This document shows, one piece after another, positions 40,892-54,439 of a DNA stretch of 64,000 bases. The notes below the pieces were generated by a model, which was given only the letters and a program-made list of their open reading frames with translations, made no database searches and was not told where the DNA came from. Every line of letters begins with the position of its first letter. Position 1 is the stretch's first letter. A program made the position numbers and the translations under genes. This DNA is from Takakia lepidozioides (taxonomy: Eukaryota > Plantae > Bryophyta), in NCBI GenBank assembly GCA_030704615.1, contig CM060734.1, positions 31,930,001 to 31,994,000 on the forward strand. The letters are read 5' to 3'.

Positions 40892-41857
40892 ATTGTACTC
40901 ATAAGACGTTGTTTGCCGTAGCCTTGTGGCCATTGACCCCACGCCCAGTTTGAGCGGGAACAAAAGGGACAGAACCTACCTCTGTCAGGGGCTGACGTTG
41001 GTAGTAAGACTTACCTTCATATATAGAATTAATCCGGGTATTCCAGATATCCTCTACCTTCACACAAGCATCAATCTGCTGTGTGTGATTTGCCCAAAAA
41101 CTAGGCCTCAGGAGGGCCTGGGCTTTTGGCTCAGCCTCGAGACTTTCAAAGTTGGTAAACAGGGGTACAGGCACAATTCCCTTGATAGATTTGAAGAGAG
41201 CGTCTCTTTGGTGAGAGAACCCCGGACAGTGTATCAGAAAATGAATACTGTCTTCAGATTGCCCACACAACAGGCAATTGCACTCTCCCTTTCCTCTCTG
41301 CTTCTGTTTGCTGTTCAAAGGTAGGCTTCCTGCCCTGAGTTTAGTCTAGTGCCGAGAGTGGGTAGACCCTTGAGGTCATCCAAGATGTCCTCCCCCATGT
41401 CACTGACTGGAAACAATTTCAGGGAAGTTTTCTGCCTAACTTCATTTTCATCAGACAATCTCATGGCAACAGACATGGCTTTGGAACTACAGCCTCTAAG
41501 TCAGATTTATCCAGCAGGGTCAAGACTTGCGGTTCCAGGTCCAGGTCCTTGAGAATCTCTTCTACTCAGGACTTAGCCTGTTTGACAGTCCTGTTTCCAA
41601 GATATAGAGTCGATTAACTAGGATATCTGGTTTTGGACATATGTTGCAGCTGACCCCACCATCTGACCTTGAATTCATCTCGTCGGGAGCTTAAGGACGG
41701 AATGCCAAACTCACCCCGAACAGCCACATTGGCTGTTTTGGAGCATGCTGACATACACTCCTTAAGCACCCCCACTTGAATGGATTCTAGAGACTTAGCC
41801 TGGTTGGAGTTATCAACCCATATTGCAGATCCGTACTCCAAGGCAGGTCTAATAACG
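40892..41857 (-). mobile_element. 5'-truncated copy of the same LINE family (C-terminal region with zinc knuckle and 3' end)
   Basis: Shares LEYGSAIWVDN...ANVAVRGEFGIPSL and the 3' end ...GCAAACAACGTCTTATGAGTACAAT with the 36171-38807 element. CLLCGQSEDSIHFLIHC knuckle. No TSD found. Confidence 0.88.
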
Positions 41858-44800
41858 GTTCATTTCTAAGGAAAATTCCTTGCTCTATAACGAACCAGAG
41901 AATAACTCAGAAGTCTTCTTTCTACACACATGAATCCCCATTGACAGAGTAAGAGGTGGAAGGCTCAAGGGTCAGGCCCTTCCACAGTTAACACCTGGGT
42001 GGGCTACAAGGAGGGCTGCTGAAAGTTAGTCCAACGTGTCCCCACCACCTTGGTTACAATTTGGGTCCCTTGCTAGGTAAGTTTACAATTGAAACATGTA
42101 GATTTCAAGAGGAATATCACTTGATGCAAGTCCCAGACCTTCACTTTTAAGAATTTGTAGAAGGCATCTCTATGCAGACAATTCCAGACATGCAGACAAT
42201 TCTACACCAGCAGCAGTTTTTATGAAGTCAAGCCACTGTACAAAGCCAACAAAACTTCAACAAGATTGATGAGATCCTGCATCATACTTATAAAACCTTG
42301 CTGATAAAATTGTCATGAGGTAGTCATCCAGTCCAAAGTTTCTAAGCAATCACCGGTGCTATTCTTGACCAGAAAACAATCCTACTCAATTCCTTAATTT
42401 TGCAACAGTATACACCCAGTGCACCAAAGGAGACACTGGAGCAAGGGACCTCTCTCTCAGTGCCTATCCTGGTGCTTTCCCACAAGAGTTTCTTGCTACA
42501 ATAAGTAATGCAATGCACTTTGTAGAAACACTTCAGATAGGAAACCTGAGTGGAAGGCTGTTGGTACACCATAGATGCTAGCACTCAAAAGTTAGCAGTA
42601 ATGCAACAGTTTATAGCTGCTCTAATAAACAGCAAGGCTCCCCCAACATCTAAGGCCAGTGCTTTGTGAAGCATTTGGGTGTACTATTGACCAATCCACA
42701 TGATCAAAGCCGAGACTGCCTTCTTTGTGACAAGGCAGCCTTGCCGAAGGACAGCTATGTTTTTTGTCCCAGGTTTCTAGAACCGGGTGTTGTTGGACAG
42801 AAACTCCATCAGGTTTGTGTGGCGGACACTGCGGAGCCCATGGGCGAGCTACCGAAACTGGGGATTCATTTCAGGGCCCACTCCCTACAGGCATTCTGGC
42901 GGCTGCTGTTCAGCAGCTGGGATTGGGTTTGGTTGGACTAGACCAGACTGCGAGGGTGTGGCATGAGCTGCCACCCAGTTGGAAGCCAGCACTTCAGCCT
43001 TCGAAGAGTTTGCCTCCACTATCCCTCCCTTCCTGTGAGGTTGGAGGATCAAGTCGAGTATTGAAGAGGGGACATGGGTTGTCATAGCTGTCAATAGAGA
43101 CTCATCGGGAGGGCTAGCCAAGCCAGGTGTTTGCATCTGAGGGAAAGGGTGAGGTGCATATGATGGCGTGGAGTCCATAGCTCCTGAACCAATCTGTGAA
43201 GGGGTGTTGTGTAGTCAGGCGTCCAGAACCACCACAACAGGGGAAAACTTAGACATCGGGGCAATTCAACAACGCCTGGCTCTCGCAAGCTTCAGCCAGA
43301 AAGAGAAACATTCTTACCGAAAAGAGCATTGTTGGGTCGGTTTTGAAATTCCACGCTGCAATTTGCTTTTCCTGTCACCATCTGCCAATCCATTCTGAGC
43401 TTGAGGTGGGCGTTGGTGCAAGAGAGAGAGTGTGTGTGCGACCACTTCATATTGGAGATGATGCCACCCTTTCTATCACTTAAACGGTGGCAGATTGCTG
43501 AGTTCAGCTTTTGCCCATCACCGTTTGAAGTGTCTGGAATCAGGCGTCATTGTCTCTCCCTGCCACGGAAGGACCTGGTGGACCCTCAGAAGGGGCGCCA
43601 TAGATGGATTACAAGCACGTCTGCATAGGTCTTTCTTGAGATCTTGATCTGTATGATGGCTTTCTCTCCCTCACATCTCTGATGCTCTAATTTGTCACAT
43701 GCCACTTTGAGGTCCCTGCAAATTTTCAAGTATAATTGTGGAGGTCTAAATGCTTGAATGGCTTTTCTCGGCCAGTGAACTGAGGGTACTGGAATGGATT
43801 CTCTATCTTGTGGTGACGAGGGAAGAGAGTTAATTGGTATGAGATAGCTGGTGGGGACATAACTGATGGAGAAATCAACGTCGAAACTACCACCAGTGAG
43901 ATGGCCGATGCGTGGGAGGAAAACAATTCGATTACCATGACATCAGTGCTTTGGGAAATTGGTCAGGCGGTAGATGCTCACAACTCGTTATACTTTGTGG
44001 AAGAATGAGAGCTGCCAATGCCAACATGGACGTTCAGGGGAGGCAAAGGGAGGAATGTCTGGGGCCAATATTTCCTACAAAATTCTTTATGAAGGCACTG
44101 ATGTCGGGGCGCTCGCGGCTTTCGAGGAACAGAGAGGAATTTTTTCTAGTGGGGCATTATCGGCAATAAGATTCTTTATCAACCTCACCAGGAAGATGGG
44201 GAGTCTCTACCCACAGAAGAAAATGTTAGAGGGAGATATGCTCCGAATCTTGGACACGAATTAGAAAATACACAGAGTGGTCCAGTGAAACGGCTTGATA
44301 AAGAACAAAGAAGACGATGCGCAGTTGACCGTGATCAGGGTGGGTTGATGCTTTCACAGAAGGACGGGACAATCGCGCAAGCAGCCACTCTTGCAAACAA
44401 GGTTGGCAAGCCATGAAAAAAGGGAGACGAAGATATATACAGAAACAAACCTCACCTCCGCCTCTCCATCAGAAAGAAATGGAAACATCTCACAGATTAA
44501 TGCGGTGATCTTGAGGACGAAGCAGAGTCTAGAGTGATGACTTGCAGGGGGCATCTATCATATTGGCCATGCTCTGTAGCTGTCGAGACCAATTCGCAAA
44601 GAAGATTCAGAGGGATGATACTACCCAGATTATGCTGTCCACAGAGATTGTTCAGATTTGCCGGCGAGTCCTGATGGGCGGCTCAGATGAGACTGGTGAC
44701 GACCCTTTTTTTGTTTTGAGAAAGGGCAGCCAGGGCCGTCCGTCTCTATGGTGTAACTTGCAAGTCTCTTTCCTCAAAAGAAAGTCTGCTCCGCAGTACG

Positions 44801-47049
44801 ACCGCGCAGTTGGGCAGTGCGCAGAGTGCAGCAGTTGTACACACGGCAGACGGTGCAGCAGCAGTGTGGGCAGGCTGATGAGAACAGTTAGTAGGTATGG
44901 AGTATCATGCCCTTTGTTGACACCAGCTTTATTTTTTTTAATGTCTGTTCAAAGTTCAAATCAACACTTATGAGCCCATGCTTGGCGTCAGACACCCACC
45001 TACTGAAAAGACGCCGACAGTTGAAGGAGGTGGGTGCTTGTCACTCGTTAACACCTAGGTAACTTAGAAAATTTGGCATCTATCTGTCTGTGGCCTCCTC
45101 ATGCATCTTGGACACAATACCAACCCAAATGGAGTCTCTCTCACATATCCCGGTGGGTGGGACAGCTCTTGTCCCTGGCTTGATGAGGGACGGTGTTTCA
45201 ATCACTCTCATCACAGCAACCATACCCACCTGCTTCTCAGTGACAAGAATAGGTAGCCACAACAGAGAGACATGGTCATGATAAGTATGATAGGCAGTGA
45301 TGATATGCACACACTTCGTGACTAGCAGTCTTTTAGTTTACTTTTTGTTGCAGAGCACTGTGCTGCCAAGGTGTGCTTGGATGCTCAGTTATCGGTCTGA
45401 GTGGAAGTCAGAGAAGGCTGCTGGGAATCATAACTTACATTTGGACACGCATATTCCCAGATCTTTGTCCAATACGTATACTACAGCATTACAAGTATAG
45501 TAGGATACATGGAGGATATGGTTGGATTATCCTTCAGTCACTATTTAGAGGTAGCTTCTAACTTCAGTGAGTTCCAGGAATATGGCCGTAATTTTCAGTG
45601 GCATTTTTTTTTTCCAGAATTTTTAATAAATTTGAAATGTTAAAAGAAAAAAAAATCTTGCTGGAAAACTCTAAAACCATCATAGTCTGAAGTTGGAATT
45701 AGTCGGTGCGCAAACAAAAGAAAAAAAATGAAAAAAACAATCGGTGGATGTTTTCACACCACACAGTACGGATGGTGGACAGACAAAACTTAAACAATGC
45801 CGTTTCGCAAACTCTCATTGGAAATTGTTTTCAAACAGATGAGTTCACAGAAATTATAGTTGGGGTTCGTGGGCTCTTCAATCTCCACTTTGATCTGTCT
45901 ATACTTACCACCACTACACTATATTTTGACAACCAAGTTGTATCCTAGCCCATAACCGATTTTTAGAGCAGACTTGATGACGTGGCGTGTTTCTACTGGA
46001 TTTGAGGAGGGGTGCTGTATGTGGTATTCTACGACCTGCTAGATTTTAACTACCTACCTTCTTGCTGAGGGGATGGAAACTTCATAGCATAGCTCCAAAT
46101 GGATAGAAAACGTGGTGGTAGGTACGTACAAGGGTAAACTGTCTGGCTTGCTGCCCTAAAATGATTGGCTCGCTGCCCTAAAAACCGGTTATGTCCACTC
46201 CAGAGGAGCCCCTGCTACTGGATATAGCAGGTCACCCTGACATCTTGCCGCTTAGCACGGCTCGGTAGGTCATGGCTCCTTGCTAACTTATATCCGGTGG
46301 CGGGGGCTCCTCTCCAATGCTACCTAGTCCCTAAACGACGAGCCGACCCCAATGGGGTCGACCCAATTTTTCATCCATCCGTGGCATGCAGGGATGAAGT
46401 CCGATGAACGAGTGGTTTGAACAAAGGATGTAGTGCCGTCGCCGGATTCAGGCGAAATTCCAGCCACCGATTGCCTGACTTGGAGGAGGCCGGAAATTTC
46501 ACAAAACCAAATGAAATTTAGGGAATGTTTGGGAAATTCTTGGGCAGGCTTGTGTAGTTCTTGGCCTATGAGGAACTGACCGTTGGAATTCCCAATTGAA
46601 GGAGAATTTCGGGTCCCAATGGGGCCTATACCATTTCCTTTGGAAATTCTCTTTTTGGACCCCCATTCCAATCACATACAAAGCACCCCCCCTCCTTCAT
46701 TTTGGCATTGGGGTGAAATTTGGTGTGAGGGTTTGAGATTGTGCACTTCATAGGAATATAGTACTTTTTCTCCCAGGAAAATTTGGGATCATGGATAATT
46801 TGCTTGGTCAAACATGAACTTTTGCTTTGTTTTTTCCATTTTCCAAAAAATGCACCATCTTCAAATGTTATAATCTCCCAAACTACATGGTGGAATCTCC
46901 CCAAATTTGGGGGGCTTGTGCATCTGGTAGGTAGGAAGCAGTTTGTACGGTTCATCCACGTGGACGAACGTTAGTGGGTAGGTAGCCGCTGACATGTGAG
47001 GGTGGGTCCCGGAATTTTCCAAAAACCCAAAAACACCTCTTATCCTTTA

Positions 47050-47201
47050 GGTAATGGGCACATACCACCTCGGAAGTGGTTGTGGGTCCAATGTGTCACA
47101 AAGGTGTCCACCTTCCCACCGGAAGGCTATAGTAGTCCTTTGGGGTCAAGAGACACTCTAATTTACCTTTCCTTATGGAGGTGTCATATATTATATTATT
47201 A
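47050..47201 (+). mobile_element. Copy of the SINE-like family
   Basis: GGTAATGGGCACATACCACCTCGGAAGTGGTTGTGGGT matches 13257-13295. Ends in GGAGGTGTCATATATTATATTATT, like the hAT-internal copy. Confidence 0.55.
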
Positions 47202-48422
47202 CCCCGGAGCAACATTTCTGATGTTGGTCCATTCATCCATTTTGTCGATCTCTTCTTCACATCGCCTCACATACTAGCCATTCCAACATAGCCTCCCTCC
47301 CCATAATCGCCCTTCCATTGCTTTCCCTTTTTCTGACCTTCATAAATAAATCCTGCCAGAATTAGGGCCCTTGTTTATTGCAATATTGTTAGTAACTTGC
47401 CTAGGTTCAAAAATGATCTCCTTAAGTATGGTATACACTCGATACTTTCCAGTCATTTCACTTGTGGAGACAGCAAGACATCACTCTAAGACAACTTCCA
47501 CATATTCTCAAATCCAACAACTATTACGATTCGAATATCATTGCACAATATAGCCACAATATATGGGTAACCAAAATTTAAAAAGAAACATATTTTGGCC
47601 GCCACTTGTATACCTCATCCTACTATACTCTAACCTCTAGCCTCCGCCCACACCCTCCCCCCAAAAATAACAAATCCAGACTTTTCCCTTGCAGTTTTAT
47701 TTGCACTCCATGGGAGTCCATCAAAGCTAGGCCTAGACATGTTATTTGGTTTCAAGCCTACAAAAATTAACTCAGCCCAATTGATCTTTTATAATCCAAA
47801 ATTTACCATTTGTTTTGTTGAATTTAGAGAGAAAGTAGATGTCGACTATGATAGTCGGCGTCATTAAGAGCCACTTCATCTAACGACTACCGCCCTTTGC
47901 GTGAGCTACATTTGTTGAATTTATATTTTGTCACAACTCTAGCTTGTTAAAACAAACCAACTTCTAAGTGAAAAAAGATCTTCCATTTTTTCATTCTCGT
48001 TGGTGGTGGGCTCAAGAATTTCATTATGTTCAAGTTCAAACATGTTATCATCAATTCTTTAGCTATATACCCAAATCATGTATATGATACCGGAGGATTC
48101 GGATGCAAATCGTATGGTGAATGACTTCAACTAAAATGACGACGTACATGGCAATCACTTTAGTAATTAGTGCCAGGTTCAATGGGCAGTCCCAAACACA
48201 CCCCCAAGCAACCACCAAGAAGGAATCGCCACTTAAAAACGTTAGGGGCTGGTTCCATGGAGACCATCCCATCCTATCTCCCCCCTTTAATTCATGGTGT
48301 CATGTGCGCCCGTGACATACTAAATGACAATTAATTCAGCTTTTGGGGTGAAATTATCAAACTTTCTAAAATTTCTCCTACTCTTGGATGAAATGCAATG
48401 GCGTTCTGCAAGGCTACGGCCC

Positions 48423-48620
48423 CACTACAAAGAAAAGACAAATTACCTGTAAAGGGGCGCCGTGAAACTTGATCGCCTTTGTGAAGGGACGACGTTTTTG
48501 CGCCCCTTCGGAAGGAGCGATTTGGTGGAGGCGTCCCTTAGGGAATTTTTTTTTTTAGACCAATAGCGCCTCGTTAAATATGGGGGCAATTCACTTAAGG
48601 GCAAATGGAGTGGCCATGGA
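48423..48620 (+). mobile_element. CACTA (EnSpm) terminal inverted repeat with subterminal repeats; partner end not in window
   Basis: CACTACAAAGAAAA at 48423, followed by direct and inverted AAGGG(G/A)CG / CG(C/T)CCCTT motifs. Confidence 0.6.
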
Positions 48621-50214
48621 ACCTGGCACTTAGACACCAATGCAAATGAGAGAGAGAAAAGAACTCTTGGTTGTTTGTTGTCATGCTTACTAGTAGACTT
48701 CAACATACTTGCAACAAATATTTTATTTTATTCATAAGATAAAAGGGGGACAATATTCTACAGTTTTGAACTAGGTCTCTCTTATGTTGTTCATAGTGCA
48801 ACTAATGCAATCAATGTCTCTTTCCAAGAGATACGTCCACTAAATCCAAGAAATTGTGGAGATGCCGTTTTTTTTATAGTATACTAAATGGAAGACTTGT
48901 TTAGTGTTCATGGTTTATGTAAGTTTAATTGGATTGATGACCATGGATGGGACCCTCTCATAAAGACTCTTCTTTTCTTGAAGCAATTAAAAATAATTTA
49001 GGGTGTCATTTAGCCGTGCATTACGTTGGAAGATGGATACATCCAGTGAATTTACAAAGCCTACTACTCAATACCCATGGTAACACCAGTCAACCCCGGT
49101 TGCAGGCCGACGTGATGTCACGTCGGCGTCAGCGACACTGACGGGATTTGGGTCACACGTCACGTCAGTAGGTAAAGACATGGGTAAAACATTGCAACGT
49201 CCTTAGACAGCATGGCACAATTGCCGGCGAGCCCAAGGAGGTGGCAAGTGTGACGCCAAAGTGGCGGTCACCTCGGAGCCAGTGAGCTGGCGTCAGTCGC
49301 CCTGGAGCCGGATGAGGTGGCGAGGCAAGCGCCCGCCTTAGTGGCGGTCGCCACTCTGCCGGACATGGTGGCGATCTCGGCGACCACCACCATGCAATCG
49401 CCTTCGAGACGCCTGAGGTGGCCATGCAAAACACCACCATAGTGGCGGCAGGGCATCCTCAAGCGCCGGTCGCCTCCGGTGAGGTGGTGGTCAGGTGGCA
49501 GAAGGGTGCCCGGAGGGGCCGGCGGGACAACCGCCACGTGCAGGTCGTAGGCGGGAGAAGAGGGCGACCGCCACGTGCCGTCGCCGGGAGGGAGAACAGG
49601 GTGACCGCCACGTGCGGTCGCTTGACGGGCCGCGGCTGCAATACGAGCACGGGCAAGGTGGGTGGCTGGGCAACCGCCACGCGCAGTCGCCGGCGGGACA
49701 CCACGTGGCGCCGCGTGCGGGATGGGCGACCGCTGTGTGGCGGGATGCGGGTGGGGGGTTGGGTTTGGGGGTATGGGCGGGGCGGAGGGTGGAGGGGATA
49801 TAAAAGGGCAGGCCTCCCCCCATTTTTTCACCTTTGCCTCCCCATTCTGGAGCTTGAGGGGTACTTTGGATGCTTCGCGTTCTGAGTCCGAGAGCTCGAA
49901 TTGGAAGAGCCAATGGTGCTTGGCATTTGAGGGCGGGGTTTTCAAATTTTTTTCCCTTGAACTAACGAGAGAATTGGTTTAGGCAAGGGTGCTTGGCATT
50001 TGAGGGGGGAGATTTTTGAGTTTTTTATCCTTGAACTGACGAGAGAATTGGTTTGGAGTCACGTCCGGCATGTGACCAAAAGGGTGCACAAACCGATTTG
50101 CTATGTCAGGAGGGGGAAGGGTTTAGGCCGGTTGAGGGGGGGTGTCGGGAGTGACAATCTATTTTTGTGCAGTTTGTTCCAAGATCTAATTTCATTTTCT
50201 TGCCATAACATACC

Positions 50215-50749
50215 TGTCGTGCGCATACGTATCGCTACACAACTACATCGCTGTCCAAACCACACCACACATATATGCACAATAAAGTAGTCTGCCACAA
50301 TAAGAAAAGCTAAAAGGCTACAAAGGACACACACTCCAACACAAGAAATATGAAATCCATCGCTATCACTCTTTAAAACAGAAGTCGAGCCAGGGGCACC
50401 CCAAGCTGTGGGGACTCCACCCCACAACAACCTACACTCCCATCATGAGCACACTCAGTCCTAAACGCATGAAGGAGCTCGGTCGCGCAGGCTCAACTCG
50501 AGAGAGATGAGCTGCGCGACTGCCGCTCTCATGAAGATAAGACGGTTCAGGTGTCAAACTAAACTTGACACCTGACTTAACACTTGACCTAAATCCAAGT
50601 GTTAAATACAAATAACTAGCTTTATTCTAGTTGTTTTCACACTGTGCTTATTTAACTTGACAGCTGTCGTGCGCATACGTATCGCTACACAACTACATCG
50701 CTGTCCAATCCACACCACACATATATGCACAATAAAGTAGTCTGCCACA
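50215..50749 (-). repeat. 3' terminal repeat block B1-GC-A2-B2 of the Gypsy element
   Basis: 85-bp B copies at 50665-50749 and 50215-50299 (one mismatch seen) flank the A copy at 50300-50662. Confidence 0.93.
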
Positions 50750-51016
50750 ATCGCCCCCCTAGCTGGTGGATAGGTCCCTCTACCTCCAGATAGCTACAAG
50801 ATGTAATAGCCACAGCCATACTAAGTCCTTTATCACTGTCCCTATTGCACTCAAACTCTATAGACCAAGAGGCCGGGTACAAGAGTAGCCCCATCGTTAG
50901 TCGCGTCTTGCAATTTGTGAACTTGAGCCAGGACCTCGTGTGTTCAAGGTCTCCTAGTAGCTGGGCCTTGCGTTTCTTGTTAGCCTTCCATGGTTGTATC
51001 CACTCCCACTATCCAA

Positions 51017-51155
51017 TGCAATGTGGACATAACCAATCCCCATCCGAACCATCTCAAGAGGTGGAGTCAAGCATCCCATATGCCAACCTCTAGAGCATCG
51101 ATCACACACCAGCATGGTGGCTGCCCCTCTAGCAGACCCACACAACATGCCCTCA
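51017..51155 (-). pseudogene. PHD finger at the integrase C-terminus (frameshifted)
   Basis: (C)MLCGSARGAATMLVCDRCSRGWHMGCLTPPLEMV/DGDWLCPHC gives C4HC3 spacing; the first Cys is inferred across a frameshift. Confidence 0.85.
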
Positions 51156-51299
51156 AACCTGCAGATACCACTGCCAAGTTTGGGTCTAATCTTGCCATCG
51201 ACATTCGGAGGTGACATGGCGCACAATTACGCACATGGTCCTTCCAAGTTATGCCATCCCGACCCTCCAAGACCAAGACGCCTGAGGGCAAGACCTCTC

Positions 51300-52290
51300 G
51301 AACCCTCAAAATAACACGTCATGCAGTCACATCCAAGGTCGTAGGAGCAGTCTGCTGCAGGTAAACATAGTCACCAGGGTTGAATCTCCGAACCCCAGGA
51401 CGATAGCCCCCACCACGTATGGTAGCATACCTCAACGTATCACGGTGTTGTGCGATGGCAAGGTTTTCGAAGCCATGGGCATGACTTTCTTGAACAACTC
51501 TGCACGCTACTCACATGCACGTGCCCACACGTCCGGATCGTCAAGGTTAAGAACTGCAGCAGCTTCTCTGCGAATGGATGCAGGCAAATCCGGCTCTCGA
51601 CCAAAGAGAAGAAAGTATGGTGAGAAGGAGGCAAGTGATGCTTGCTTGCTGAACGTGTAGCCCATGGCTAACCAGGGTAACAGAAGGTCTCAATCTCCTA
51701 GGTGTCCCTTCTGCAAGCCATACTTGCGCAAACCTCTCTTTACTGTCTGAATAACTCTCTCTGTCAAGCCATCGGCCTCATGATGATCCCGAGAAGTGGT
51801 GCGGTGGTCTATCAAGGCCTTGTCACACAAAGCCTGAAACTCCCCCAAGAACTCTCTCCCTTGGTCCGTGAGTACCTCAGCTGGAGCACCGAATCGGCTA
51901 AGCACACAATCCAAGAATGCATACGTAGCTCCCTCACTAGCCTTATCAGGCAATGGAACCAACTCAATCCACTTGGAAAAGTGCTCCACCACCACCAACA
52001 CGTACTTGTTGTGACGCATGGTCAGTGGCAATGGCCCTGCGAAGTCAAGACTCCACCTGTAGCCCAATCCCATGATCGGAAGAGGGTGCAATTGTGGAGT
52101 AGGGGCGTTGAATGAAGCACGCACCATGTCACACACCATGCACCTAGCCACAAATTGTTGCACCTCTGTGTGCATACCACGCCACCAATACTGTCCCTAC
52201 AGTAAACTATGAGTGCGTCGCACCCCAAAATGCCCCAACTCCTCATGGGCATGCCGCACTAACCGTGCCCGCTGTGTTGGGTGAGGCACA
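51300..52290 (-). pseudogene. Retroelement integrase (zinc-binding plus DDE core), frameshifted
   Basis: HEELGHFG, FVARCMVC, WSLDFAGPLP, VEHFSKWIE, VLTDQGREF, DGLTERV. Confidence 0.9.
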
Positions 52291-52639
52291 ATCCTCACTC
52301 GACCATCCTCCCACACTCGAAGCAGGTGTGTCCCCTCCCACTTGAACCTCTGGCTCGTTGTAGGATCCGATCCCTCTCCTTGGCAGTCACAGTGGCTGCA
52401 GTGTCTCCAGTGCGGAGGTAGTCCAACACAACTGAATCCTCATGTATATCTTTGGCGCCACCTTGCTCATTGCTGGCCTCAGGGTCCTCAGACACTTGAT
52501 CTACAGTCATCCCTGTTGCAGGTCCAACCTGGCCTTCCGCTGCCAAGATACACAGAAATGCAGATGCATGCCATCCGGGCACCATCTCCTCGTCCGTCTC
52601 ACCATGCCACCGAACTCCAGTGTCATCCTGCTGGCTCGT

Positions 52640-54060
52640 GCATGGATTGCGACTCAACCCATCTGCATTGCGATTGACCAAACCCGGTCGATGCACCACC
52701 TGAAGTCATACTCTTGAAGGATGAGTGCCCCACCGTGCAAGCTTCCCCGTAAGCTTGTCTGACTCCATCAACCACTTAAGTGGTTGGTGATCCGTGACAA
52801 GGGTGAAGAGATTGCCGTATAGATAACACCTGAAGTGTGCCACGGCCCACACTGCAGCTAAGCATTCTCCCTCAAGAGCTATACTTAGACTCAGCAGCAT
52901 TGTTTGAGCGGCTAGCATAAGCCACTACGAACTCTCTTCCCTCATCATCCACTTGTGTGAGCACCGCTCCAAGCCCCAGCATGCTCCAATCGTATGCAGC
53001 TGAAAAGGACGCCCCTAATAGGTCGTCTCAAGATGGGCGCCGAGGTCAACCTCGCCTTGAGCTCTTGAAAAGCTTGTTCTTGCTCATCTTCCCACTGCCA
53101 CTCCTGGTCCACCTTGGTCAGTTTGGTTAGAGCCTTTGCAATGGCACTAAATCCCTTAACAAACCGTTTGTAATAGTTTGCTAACCCATGAAAGCTCGAA
53201 CTCGGCTCACATCCGTGGGGGCGTGGAACCTGTGCATGGACTCTACCTTAGTCTGTTGTATCCCCAATCCTCCAGGATATATCATGTGACCCAGATACTC
53301 AATCTGGTTGTGGAAAAACTTGCACTTTCCCGGATGTAATTTCAATCCGTGCATCCTCAAGCGCTCAAATACCCCCTGAAGGTGTCTCTCATGCTCCTCC
53401 ACCGTAGCACTAAAGATGATGATGTCATCTATGTAGCACCGAGCAAACTCCACCCGTGCTAGAATCCTATCCATGACCCTTTGAAACTCAGCAGGAGCGT
53501 TTTGAAGCCCAAATGGTAAGAACCGCCACTGGTATAGGCAATCCTTCCCGTGCTCATTGATCCCCCAGAATGCCGTCTTTGCTTATCCGCCTCCTTGATC
53601 GGCAATTGGTGATATCCGGATCGTAAATCCAACGTGCAAAGACCTTGGAATGCCCAATGGCATCAAAGATCTCTCTGGTGTCGGCATGGCATACCTATCG
53701 GACTTGGTCTGATGATTTACAGGCCGGTAATCACCGCACATACGTCTCTCCGTCCAATTGCCATAGACATCCTTTCTTGGCTGGCATCACTGTGGCTGAA
53801 GCATACTCTCCACCAGAGAGCTCCACCAAACCTGCTCCCAGAGATCCTGAGTTCTCATCTGAATCAAGGACCTTTCCATGTCACTGTATCTATAGGGTCT
53901 CCGAAAGATTGGCGTGTCAGTGGCCAATTCAATGCAAATCTCTTGACCCTTCAGTGCTCCCAAGTCCTTCAAACTGAAGGCAAAGCAATTCCTGTAAGCC
54001 CTCAGGAACCGCCGCATACGTCGTCTCTCTCCTCCGGTGACAATGGGTCCAATGTTAGGC
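52640..54060 (-). pseudogene. Reverse transcriptase plus RNase H, frameshifted
   Basis: PIFRRPYRYS, LDLRSGYHQ, YIDDIIIFS, KCKF, YLGH; RH motifs DWSMLGLGAVL, EGECLAAVWAV, TDHQPL. Confidence 0.92.
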
Positions 54061-54439
54061 TCCCAATTGTCCTCCGTAACTGCAACCTTAAGTCCAGTGG
54101 GCTTAGAGGTAGAGGACGCGTCCCGTGGTTGCTATGCTGCAACCTCTTGAGCAGTACTCCCTTCCTGCTCAGTCAATAACAAGGCCTCATCCTGCCCCCA
54201 TCATCTCATCATTGAGAACCTCCTCAACCCGAGAAGAATCCCCAACCTCATCCAATCCGCTGCCTTGGCTGCCAACTCCTCTGGACCTCGAGCACCTCCC
54301 ACGTGTGCCATGGATGTCTACATCCCGTGGTCCTCACCGGCTTGCCCCTACTCGCTGCCTGTACCGTCTCGGTAGGCAGAGAGACCGTCAAGGGAAGTGC
54401 ACTCCGCACTCTACGTTGGCTCAGCCATAGCCAAGCTGA

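Noticed and set aside
42600-44500. Possible decayed transposon or upstream exons of the oxidoreductase
   Set aside because: No motif or in-phase splice path could be established by eye.
49165-49982. Multiple overlapping ORFs
   Set aside because: GC-rich low-complexity region with few stops and no recognisable protein motifs.
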